NCBI GenBank assembly: GCA_024233435.1
Contig: JACKPQ010000001.1
Location: 660,582-724,581 of the forward strand
From: Chlamydiales bacterium
Lineage (GTDB): Bacteria > Chlamydiota > Chlamydiia > Chlamydiales > JACKPQ01
Direction: 5' to 3'
Length of the DNA: 64,000 bases
This document shows positions 55,289-62,743 of the stretch, piece by piece. A program made the position numbers and the translations under genes. Under the pieces are notes generated by a model, which was not told where the DNA came from, did not search any database, and was given only the letters and a program-made list of their open reading frames with translations. The first letter of the stretch is position 1. Every line of letters begins with the position of its first letter.

Positions 55289-55848
55289 TTTTTTACCACC
55301 ACTGTTTGTTCATCCAAAATGCGCACTACAGAAATGCGTTCAAAGGATTTTATTTCTTGTTTATCTTCTGCAACTGCTAAAAGCTCATGCAAAACGCCAT
55401 GAACGCTCAAATGCACCTTGCCTGTTCCATTTTCTGCAATCTTAGTATAGACTTGGCCCTCAACTCCGACCATATCTTGGATGTTAAAATCCGCGCCCTT
55501 AGACGTGAGCATCCCCGCTAGCCTAAAAATCCACCCTGTAATGAATAGCATTAAAACCCCTGCTGCAAGAGCAGCCACGCAGCTTAATCCCGCTCCAATA
55601 GCTGTCTGCTTTAAACAGGCCAGTCCAATCCAGCCAAACATCATTGTAAAGCCAGTTAAGGAATGGACAGTGAATAATTTAAAATGTCCGTCATGATCCC
55701 CATCGCTTGCGCTTTGATGATCGTCATGGGCAAGGCCAAAGATCATGAGTCCCAACCTCAACACAAAAAGAAAAGAGCCTCCAATCGCTGCGGCCCAATA
55801 CAAGCGATCTGATTGCAAAAATTGTTCTATAAAGCTGTCCATACCCAA
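55282..55848 (-). CDS. NfeD-like membrane protein (YqiJ-like), partner of flotillin
   Basis: Four to five TM helices and a C-terminal OB-like segment (GVEGQVYTKIAENGTGKVHLSVHGVLHELLAV). It overlaps the flotillin start by 7 nt, the canonical nfeD-SPFH pairing. Confidence 0.75.
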   Translation of the reverse strand: MGMDSFIEQFLQSDRLYWAAAIGGSFLFVLRLGLMIFGLAHDDHQSASDGDHDGHFKLFTVHSLTGFTMMFGWIGLACLKQTAIGAGLSCVAALAAGVLMLFITGWIFRLAGMLTSKGADFNIQDMVGVEGQVYTKIAENGTGKVHLSVHGVLHELLAVAEDKQEIKSFERISVVRILDEQTVVVKKW

Positions 55849-55941
55849 GCATTATAGCTGGCTGCGCTAATTTTTACAATTTCTTCTCACTTCATAATAT
55901 TTATTTATTGCTGGTCTTCCAACGTTGAGATGAAAATTTCT

Positions 55942-55970
55942 TTGACCTTAAAAAATCTCCTGCATATGAT
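55942..55970 (+). promoter_or_regulatory. Candidate sigma70-type promoter for the 55995 gene pair
   Basis: TTGACC (55942-55947), a 17-nt spacer, then TATGAT (55965-55970). AAGGAG at 55983-55988 lies 6 nt before ATG 55995. Confidence 0.4.
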
Positions 55971-55994
55971 GTCGACCTAAACAAGGAGTTTAAC

Positions 55995-56663
55995 ATGCCT
56001 ATTCAACAAGTCAACTATGCGGGTGCTCAAAGCTGCAGGGACGGAAGAAGCCCCAATGAGGACCTTGAGCACGCTGTGAGCACTTGTAACTGGCCAGTTA
56101 CCCTCAATCTTTTACAAAATTACGATTTTGAGGCTTATCCACCTTCAACACTGATGTATGTTGTTCGCAGTGCGGATGATCCCACAAGAAGGACTCTATT
56201 TGAAAGGTTTTTTTCTAATGACAGATGCCCCTTCAATGAAGATGAAATCAGTAAAGCCTTGCTTGTTGCTGCAGCAGGCGGCCATAGAGACATTATGGGC
56301 AGATTAATGGAATTATCCTCCTTTAAAGACACGCCTACAGAGAGGGCAAAGGAGTTCGTTGATTACATTGATAAAGGACCCGATTGGGAAACAACCCTAC
56401 TTAACTGTGCGTGTTGTGGATTGTGGAGGTATGCCAGATTTATTATTGAAAACACTGGCGTTTTCTCTAAAGAGGCCTCTTTAGAGCTGATTGCAGCTAA
56501 CTCCATTTGCCATGTATTAACCGAGGATGGAATGGAGGCAGCTAAAAAGGCTGCAATTGATGAAAAAGCAAATGCACAGAACAGCGAGCAAAGAAATAAT
56601 ATAGAAACGGCAATAAGGGTTGTGCAGGAAGGAATGATACTTGCCGATTGGCAACAACCATGA
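55995..56663 (+). CDS. Hypothetical protein, tandem paralogue A (weakly ankyrin-like helical repeats)
   Basis: It shares NW.(V/T)TL.LLQNYDFE.YPPSTLM.V......R..LF..FF.ND..PF.E.EISKALL.AA with the next gene. Confidence 0.6.
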   Translation: MPIQQVNYAGAQSCRDGRSPNEDLEHAVSTCNWPVTLNLLQNYDFEAYPPSTLMYVVRSADDPTRRTLFERFFSNDRCPFNEDEISKALLVAAAGGHRDIMGRLMELSSFKDTPTERAKEFVDYIDKGPDWETTLLNCACCGLWRYARFIIENTGVFSKEASLELIAANSICHVLTEDGMEAAKKAAIDEKANAQNSEQRNNIETAIRVVQEGMILADWQQP

Positions 56664-56684
56664 ATTCTCTAAGAGGTCTCTAAA

Positions 56685-57395
56685 GTGTCAATTGGCTTAA
56701 TCAGATTACGAGAAGGTTATGCTCAGTGCACAAATGGAAATGGCGACCTAGAGACGGCCCTAAAGAAAGCACTACTTGATCAAAATTGGGAAACCACCCT
56801 CCATCTTTTACAAAATTACGACTTTGAAACTTACCCACCTTCAACGCTCATGCACGTGATTCATAACGCTGACACAGAGATAAGAAAGGACCTTTTTGAT
56901 CAATTTTTTCAAAACGACAAAAACCCATTCGATGAAGAGGAAATCAGCAAAGCCCTGCTTATTGCTGCGACTGATAACCATCAAGACGTTATTGAGTTTT
57001 TAATGAAAAAGCCTTTTGCGACCGAGTCTTCCCCGAATGTAAAAAATGCCGTGAATTATATTCCTAAAGGCCCTGAATGGGGAATTGCTCTTTTTAACTG
57101 TGCCCGCTACGGGTTGGTGACACATGTTCACTTAATTTTTGAAAATACCGGTATATTTTACCCTTCTTATTTTGCTGAAACAGCACCATCTGACCACCAC
57201 TGCCAAGCATTAACCGAAGATGAAATGCGGGCAGCCTTTGACGCAGCGGTTGAAGAGGCTGAGAAGTTACCAGAATATTGCGAACGCCGTACGAATATAG
57301 AAATAGCTACACAAATGATCACAAACAAAATGATCATGAATAAATTGATGCCAGGAGCTCCCGTTAACCCAAATGAATTCTGCCGCACTAACTAA
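56685..57395 (+). CDS. Hypothetical protein, tandem paralogue B
   Basis: GTG start. It is collinear and similar to 55995..56663 along most of its length. Confidence 0.6.
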   Translation: MSIGLIRLREGYAQCTNGNGDLETALKKALLDQNWETTLHLLQNYDFETYPPSTLMHVIHNADTEIRKDLFDQFFQNDKNPFDEEEISKALLIAATDNHQDVIEFLMKKPFATESSPNVKNAVNYIPKGPEWGIALFNCARYGLVTHVHLIFENTGIFYPSYFAETAPSDHHCQALTEDEMRAAFDAAVEEAEKLPEYCERRTNIEIATQMITNKMIMNKLMPGAPVNPNEFCRTN

Positions 57396-57464
57396 CTTTC
57401 TGAGCTTTTGCTTGACATCGGCTCTTCATTGCTCCATACGGGAAAGAAAGAAAGGAGATCAATT

Positions 57465-57893
57465 ATGTCCGAGGCACAAACAGGTAGCACAGTTAAGGTT
57501 CATTACACAGGAAAGCTCACTGATGGAACCGTCTTCGATACTTCTCAACATGTTGAACCGGTTGTGTTTGTTGTAGGATCTGGAGAGATTATTCCAGGCT
57601 TTGAGCAAGCTATTATCGGCATGCAAGCAGGTGAGAGCAAAACGGTGACCATTCCCTGCAATGAGGCCTATGGTCCTAAACGCGATGATCTTGTTGCTGA
57701 AGTCGAAAGAAAAGATTTACCTGATGATATCAAACTTGAAGTTGGCCAAAAGCTGCAAGTGGGTGATGAAAAAGCTGGAACAATCATTGTCTCTGTTGTT
57801 GACTTGGATGATGAACGCGTTAAGCTTGATGCTAACCACCCCCTAGCAGGAGAAGACCTCGTGTTTGACATCGAGGTCTTAGAAGTTAATTAA
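57465..57893 (+). CDS. FKBP-type peptidyl-prolyl cis-trans isomerase (SlyD-like, with IF-domain insert)
   Basis: ATG 57465 lies 7 nt after AAAGGAG. VKVHYTGKLTDGTVFDTS, IPGFEQAIIGM and HPLAGEDLVFDIEVLEV are present. Confidence 0.88.
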   Translation: MSEAQTGSTVKVHYTGKLTDGTVFDTSQHVEPVVFVVGSGEIIPGFEQAIIGMQAGESKTVTIPCNEAYGPKRDDLVAEVERKDLPDDIKLEVGQKLQVGDEKAGTIIVSVVDLDDERVKLDANHPLAGEDLVFDIEVLEVN

Positions 57894-58456
57894 GCGTCTA
57901 CTTTCGCTTCTTCTTTAACGTATGCTTTGATGATCTTTTGTGTTTCCACTGGGCGATCTTGCATGGTTTTTGGCACATTCTCAATCTTTTGAACAACGTC
58001 ATAACCGCTGATGACTCTACCAAAGATCGTGTGTTTATTGTTTAGCCATGGAGTTTCTTTAGTTGTGATGAAAAACTGGCTGCCATTGGTGTTTGGACCG
58101 CGGTTTGCCATCGCTAAAAGGCCTGGCTCTGTAAATTGAACAGCGCTTGTGAATTCATCTTTAAATTCTTTACCCCAGCATGAGCTACCACCAGCACCAG
58201 TGCCTGTTGGATCACCGCACTGTACCATAAAATCTTTAATAACACGGTGGAATGTGACTCCATCATAGTAATGCTTTTCAACAAGCTTGATCATATTTTC
58301 ACAGGCTTTTGGAGCGACTTTTGGCATCAATTGAATCTCAATAATGCCCTGATTTGTTTCAAAAACGATAATGGGGTCTTGTTTCATATTTTCCTCTGCA
58401 GATAGATTAAAGGTGGCTGCTAACACAGTTAGCATCGTCAAAAATAATCCTTTCAT
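57890..58456 (-). CDS. Cyclophilin-type peptidyl-prolyl cis-trans isomerase, secreted/periplasmic
   Basis: ATG 58456 is preceded by AGGAGG. A signal peptide is followed by FHRVIKDFMVQCGDPTGTGAGG and LAMANRGPNTNGSQFFI. Confidence 0.9.
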   Translation of the reverse strand: MKGLFLTMLTVLAATFNLSAEENMKQDPIIVFETNQGIIEIQLMPKVAPKACENMIKLVEKHYYDGVTFHRVIKDFMVQCGDPTGTGAGGSSCWGKEFKDEFTSAVQFTEPGLLAMANRGPNTNGSQFFITTKETPWLNNKHTIFGRVISGYDVVQKIENVPKTMQDRPVETQKIIKAYVKEEAKVDA

Positions 58457-58496
58457 GTTATCCTCCTGGTTGATTAACACCCGAAGTGTAACAGGT

Positions 58497-59516
58497 ATGG
58501 AAAATTTTCTCTACTCCGAATCCATCTGCGCTTTTATTCACCAGGCTCTATCCCATGCAAAAAAAATCTTGCAAGAAGAGATGGGCATTCATGTCCTTCA
58601 GAAGCGCTTTGAGATTAATAGAACTCGCTATCCCCTCCATATCGTTATTTTTGAAGGGCCAAAAATGCTCGGCTACTTTAAGCCCGATCTTTTAGAAATC
58701 GGACTCAATAAACTTTTTCTTTATACCGACGAGCACCTGCTCAACACTCTACGCCATGAGCTAGCCCATTATCTTTGTTGGATTGAGTCGGGAGATTTAA
58801 CGCACGGCAAACTTTTCCGCTCCCTATGCAAGCGCTTTGGTTGGGGTAAAGAGGTCTACGATGCGTGTATGACGCCAGAGGATGATGTCATTGATAAAGC
58901 GCAGAGCCTTGCCAGCAAGGTGCAAAAACTGCTCAACCTTTCGGCCAGCCATCACGAGCATGAAGCAAAAGCGGCGCTGCAAAAAGCTCAAGCCCTACTT
59001 GCAAGATATAAACCTCAAAGCGCTGACGAGCCATTTATGGTGCGCCGCCTGCTTGAACAAAAAAGAGCAATGCCCAAATGGGGGGCTTTAATGGCCATTG
59101 CAAAACAATTTGGGGTCTATCCGATTATCAATCGCGGGCAAGGCATCGCTTATCTTGAAGTCTATGGTTTAAAAGCTCACGTGCTGACAGCAGAGTACAT
59201 CATCCACTTTCTCAATGCAGAATTTGAGCGTCTTTGCAAAGTCCACCGCCCAAAAAACAAAAATACCTTCTTTGACGGCATTGCTAAAGGGTATCTCAAT
59301 GCGTTAAAAAACACAGAAGAGCCTGGACTGATAGCTTTAACAACTGATATGCAAAAGCACCTTTGGATGCCCTACCCTCACCTTTCATCACACACATCAA
59401 CTCGCAAATATTGCGATGCCTCTTACAAAGCTGGGCAAAAAGTGGGCAAAAACCTCAAGATCCGCTCTCCGCTTGCCTCATCAAAGAGCGGCGCTCTAAT
59501 CGGTTGGAAAACATAA
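58497..59516 (+). CDS. SprT-like zinc metallopeptidase domain fused to a DUF2786-like helical domain
   Basis: HExxH in LRHELAHYLCWIESGDLTHGKLF (SprT-like). KVQKLLNLSASHHEHEAKAALQKAQALL matches the DUF2786 pattern recalled from memory. ATG 58497 avoids overlap with the cyclophilin gene. Confidence 0.6.
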   Translation: MENFLYSESICAFIHQALSHAKKILQEEMGIHVLQKRFEINRTRYPLHIVIFEGPKMLGYFKPDLLEIGLNKLFLYTDEHLLNTLRHELAHYLCWIESGDLTHGKLFRSLCKRFGWGKEVYDACMTPEDDVIDKAQSLASKVQKLLNLSASHHEHEAKAALQKAQALLARYKPQSADEPFMVRRLLEQKRAMPKWGALMAIAKQFGVYPIINRGQGIAYLEVYGLKAHVLTAEYIIHFLNAEFERLCKVHRPKNKNTFFDGIAKGYLNALKNTEEPGLIALTTDMQKHLWMPYPHLSSHTSTRKYCDASYKAGQKVGKNLKIRSPLASSKSGALIGWKT

Positions 59517-60675
59517 AAACTAGCCACATCAGTCCACATAGAATGACAAAAGCAAGAGCTGTCTGACGAAGAGAATCTAGGCCAAACCAACTCATAACAA
59601 CAACGCCTAAGAAAGCCAAGCCCACTGTGCATGCGCAAAAGATCGCAGATGCCACAGGTTTGTTCTCAATTGAACCTAAAGCCAAAGCAATAGAATTAGA
59701 ATAGATCAAAGGAATGCCCAAATAGATAAAGGGCATGGGGATGAATAAAGACCAAATATGCAAGCCAACAGACTGGATGAGCCCCCATTTTACAAGTGAT
59801 GCAGAAATACAGATTGTAATACCCCAAGAAATCACCCGATGAGCGGGCACAATTTGGCTTAACTTAGCCGATAGAATACATCCAACAACAGATCCAATAA
59901 ACGGAATGACGCTAACCAAGCCATACATATACGGAGAAGCATCGAGGACATAAATTGTGATCAGCGGAGCAGTTGATGCAAAAATATAGATCACAGTAGT
60001 CGTTAAGGCCCCTAAAAGCGCAAGCAATATAAAGCGACCTTGCTTAAGCACATTTAGATAAGCGTGCAGATTTGATACCTGCCCACTTTTTGCCTCATGG
60101 GTTAATGGAAGGCGAGCAACCAGAATGCTAGCAACAACTGCATACCCAGTTAAGAAATAAAAGCAGCTATGCCAACCCAAAAAGCTTGTCAACATCCCAC
60201 CAATTAAATTAGCAAGCCCAGGAGCAAAAGCTGCTGAGAGCACCAAGTAGGCAAGCACGCGCCTAGCTTCATCAACAGGATAGCAATCGCTGATAATGGC
60301 AAAGGTCATCATCAAGCCTACAGCGCCTCCTAAAGCCATAACAGCCCTTCCAATTAGCAAAAGTTGAAATGTGTGCGTTGTAGCGCAAAAAAGAGCCCCG
60401 ATAGCAAAAACCGCCAGTCCGATATGCAGTGTTTTTTTTCGCCCCAAACGATTGCTCAGCCAGCCATAAGGCAATTGGCCAAGCGCGTAACCTGCCAAAT
60501 AAACTGAGACAGTACCCTGAGCAAGACTTGTGGTGATTGAGAACTCTTCTAGCAATTGAGCAAGCGCGGGAGTAAACAGCACTGCTCCTACCGTAGGGAA
60601 CGAAGCGAGGAGAAAAAGCGTTAACAAGTTCGGCTTTTTTTGCATCCCCCTGGCATAGCATTTCTCACACATCAA
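59455..60675 (-). CDS. MFS transporter (12 TMS, Bcr/CflA-like drug:H+ antiporter)
   Basis: MFS motif A (LSNRLGRKKTLHIG) and about 12 hydrophobic segments. The true start is possibly Met11 (60645). Confidence 0.8.
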   Translation of the reverse strand: MMCEKCYARGMQKKPNLLTLFLLASFPTVGAVLFTPALAQLLEEFSITTSLAQGTVSVYLAGYALGQLPYGWLSNRLGRKKTLHIGLAVFAIGALFCATTHTFQLLLIGRAVMALGGAVGLMMTFAIISDCYPVDEARRVLAYLVLSAAFAPGLANLIGGMLTSFLGWHSCFYFLTGYAVVASILVARLPLTHEAKSGQVSNLHAYLNVLKQGRFILLALLGALTTTVIYIFASTAPLITIYVLDASPYMYGLVSVIPFIGSVVGCILSAKLSQIVPAHRVISWGITICISASLVKWGLIQSVGLHIWSLFIPMPFIYLGIPLIYSNSIALALGSIENKPVASAIFCACTVGLAFLGVVVMSWFGLDSLRQTALAFVILCGLMWLVFMFSNRLERRSLMRQAESGS

Positions 60676-60782
60676 TGTAAACTATAACTATCAACTAAAA
60701 TATCCCCTACCTAGACAGCACAACCTCATCTTTACAAAAACTTATACATTGGAAGAACTTGCTTTAAACTATGCTGCTCCCC

Positions 60783-60863
60783 AAAAAAGAAGGAGCACTG
60801 AGGGACCTAACCCCCGGTTGGTTTCTCAACTTCTGTTTTTAAGTCCGAGAACCCTCATCTGCC
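60783..60863 (-). repeat. Degenerate tRNA-Ser-derived sequence (copy P1)
   Basis: Its core CCCCCGGTTGGTTTCTCAACTTCTGTTTTTAAG matches the variable-arm/anticodon region of the intact tRNA-Ser at 62031-62060 with 2 mismatches. The acceptor stem cannot be formed. Confidence 0.7.
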
Positions 60864-60869
60864 AATGCT

Positions 60870-61076
60870 GTGAATTCAAGGCAATATCAGCTACTTTTAG
60901 GGAGTCAGTGTGAAAATTTGGATCTAAATTTGTGTATTGTGATAGAGTATTCCCTGAGAAATATTCACAAACCCTTAGGGGTGGCTGAATATGAAGCAAA
61001 AATTATTGACTCTCTTCTGGATAACTTTAAGGGGTCATTGTCTACGATACAAGAAATAGAAGAAAACTTGGAATGA
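60870..61076 (+). pseudogene. C-terminal fragment of a YhcG/DUF1016-like PDDEXK nuclease
   Basis: LCIVIEYSLRNIHKPLGVAEYEAKIIDSLLDNFKGSLSTIQEIEENLE parallels the C-terminal consensus recalled for DUF1016 proteins (..VEYAL.....PIGV.EY.L...LP..L...LP(S/T)IEE(L/I)E..L). Only about 68 codons are present, although full-length members are recalled to be much longer. Confidence 0.45.
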
Positions 61077-61082
61077 TTTTTT

Positions 61083-61514
61083 ATGAGTCAACAACCATAC
61101 AAAATAATAGAAGAAACTTTTGATATAGATCTTAAGAAAAGGATTTATGAAGGGTTTAGTGAACATGCATTAGCCTCGGTGGGATCAGATAGCAACATGG
61201 AGGATATTACCTTTATTGCACGTGATTCTGGCATCTTCTTGGGAGCAGTTCATGGAAAAACCTTTTGGGGAGCACTTCATATTAAATACCTTTATGTAAC
61301 CCCTGAAGCTAGAAGAAATGGCATTGGCAAAGCACTCATGCACCGAGCGTTTAAAAAAGGAATTCTCATGGGGTGCCGCTTTGCCTTCATTGAAACCATG
61401 AGTTTCCAGGCTGTCGATTTTTATAAGAATTTAGGCTTCATTGAGGAATATGTGCGCTCCGGGTACGATAAAGGGACTTCCTTTCACTACATGAGGAAAG
61501 ATTTTCATGCTTAA
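61083..61514 (+). CDS. GNAT-family N-acetyltransferase
   Basis: Acetyl-CoA motif A (VTPEARRNGIGKALMHRA), 143 aa, and a typical beta4-alpha3 context. Confidence 0.8.
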   Translation: MSQQPYKIIEETFDIDLKKRIYEGFSEHALASVGSDSNMEDITFIARDSGIFLGAVHGKTFWGALHIKYLYVTPEARRNGIGKALMHRAFKKGILMGCRFAFIETMSFQAVDFYKNLGFIEEYVRSGYDKGTSFHYMRKDFHA

Positions 61515-61906
61515 ATACAGCTAGCTTTACGATCGTTAAAGCCCAGGTTTTGACGCGCCCAGATTCAAATTTATTTCTCAGAATTGGTATAACTACTGGC
61601 TAATAACAGTTAAGAGGAGACAGCTCAGCTTGCAGCGGCCCTTAACGGCTAAACTATCTAGACACTCCCCTACAAACCGCGAAGTCACCCCCTCTGGCAA
61701 AATAGGGCGCAAGTCGAGCTAATACGGAATTCGCTTCGCTTGAGCGCTTCCACATGCTTGCGCTATGCAGCCCTCAGTAAGCATTATTTTTACCTCGAAG
61801 GGCGAGCGAGACAAAATCTAGCCCATTTGAATGACGAACGCCATAGCCCCAGCGCTATGGCTGAGGAAGAAAATGTGCTAGATACAGTCGCAGCCGGCCT
61901 ACGAGC

Positions 61907-61975
61907 AAAAAAGAAGGCGCACTGAGGGCTCTAAACCCCCTCCGGGCGTTCTCATCCCCTCTTTGGTTGCCAGTG
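61907..61975 (-). repeat. Degenerate tRNA-Ser-derived sequence (copy P2, lacking the anticodon/variable arm)
   Basis: It shares AAAAAGAAGG(C/A)GCACTGAGGG(C/A)(T/C)CTAA.CCCCC and a following ...TCTCATC... segment with P1, and lies 33 nt from the intact tRNA. Confidence 0.55.
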
Positions 61976-62007
61976 GTTTTTATAGTTAAAGTTTGTGAGA
62001 GGTAATA

Positions 62008-62092
62008 CGGAAGAGGAGGGATTCGAACCCCCGGTTGGTTTCCCAACTTCTGTTTTCAAGACAGACGCATTCGGCCACTCTGCCACTCTTCC
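62008..62092 (-). tRNA. tRNA-Ser (anticodon UGA)
   Basis: The reverse complement is GGAAGAGTGGCAGAGTGGCCGAATGCGTCTGTCTTGAAAACAGAAGTTGGGAAACCAACCGGGGGTTCGAATCCCTCCTCTTCCG. It has a 7-bp acceptor stem, the anticodon loop CTTGAAA, a long variable arm and the T-loop GGTTCGAATCC. CCA is not encoded. Confidence 0.9.
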
Positions 62093-62188
62093 AGAACCGT
62101 CCATTCTAACAAATAGGGATTTTGTATTCAAGTTTTAGATTTATCGGGAAGCTTTGACAGAATTATAGTAGATCTGTATAGGTTTGGT

Positions 62189-62743
62189 GTGGCACTTGAC
62201 CTACTAAAACTTTTTCCATTTCGGGCTTTTCAATTGAAAATCTTAGCAGATCTTCTGAGATTAAATGTTTGCTCTGTTGCGGAAATTGGGGTCTACCGAG
62301 GTACAAATGCAAAATGCCTGCGCACTCTATTTCCAGAAGCTCAACTCTATTTAATTGATCCATGGATGCTCTCTCCAGAATATGTCAGAGGCGGTGGATG
62401 TATAACCCAAGACCCGACTATAATGAGCAAGGCTTATGAAACAGTCATGGAGTGTTTTGGAAACGATCCTCTTACAAAGGTCATTCGCAAAACTTCTGAA
62501 GACGCAATCCATGATGTTAATTGCGTTGATATTGCTTTTATTGATGGGGATCACAGCTATACATCTGTGATAAGAGATATTGAGCTATGGCAAGGAAAGG
62601 TGCGAGAAGGGGGCATTTTAGCAGGTCATGATTATGGGTATCCAGGGCTTGATGGCGTGAAGCAAGCGGTAGATGAGTGCTTTGGCAATGATGTTATTGT
62701 TGGCTCAGATTACACATGGCTAAAAGTGATTCGCCCCAGCTGA
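62189..62743 (+). CDS. Class I SAM-dependent methyltransferase (Methyltransf_24-like)
   Basis: VAEIGVYRGTNAKCL (motif I-like), IAFIDGDHSYTSVIRDIELW and GGILAGHDY. The start is non-ATG and the start position is uncertain. Confidence 0.65.
   Translation: MALDLLKLFPFRAFQLKILADLLRLNVCSVAEIGVYRGTNAKCLRTLFPEAQLYLIDPWMLSPEYVRGGGCITQDPTIMSKAYETVMECFGNDPLTKVIRKTSEDAIHDVNCVDIAFIDGDHSYTSVIRDIELWQGKVREGGILAGHDYGYPGLDGVKQAVDECFGNDVIVGSDYTWLKVIRPS

Noticed and set aside
57412-57440. TTGACA followed 17 nt later by CATACG upstream of the FKBP gene, considered as a promoter.
   Set aside because: The -10 hexamer matches the consensus at only 3 of 6 positions, which is too weak to report as a feature without transcript data.
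60870-61076. 68-aa ORF 6 nt upstream of the GNAT gene, considered as an antitoxin of a GNAT/RHH (TacAT-like) toxin-antitoxin pair.
   Set aside because: The sequence does not look like an RHH/DUF1778 antitoxin. Instead it matches the C-terminal consensus of DUF1016/YhcG nucleases, so a gene relic is the better explanation. The GNAT gene also shows no specific TacT/AtaT features that I can verify by eye.
61515-61990. Possible tmRNA (ssrA), because the segment is ORF-poor, structured and next to tRNA-like sequence.
   Set aside because: On either strand I found no GGGG...acceptor/T-arm pair, no UUCGAC-type D-loop analogue and no tag reading frame ending in Ala-Ala-stop. The tRNA-like pieces are demonstrably derived from tRNA-Ser (shared variable arm), not from a tRNA-Ala-like domain.
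61855-62046. 63-aa minus-strand ORF.
   Set aside because: It overlaps the tRNA-Ser gene and repeat P2, so it is an artefact of the ORF caller.
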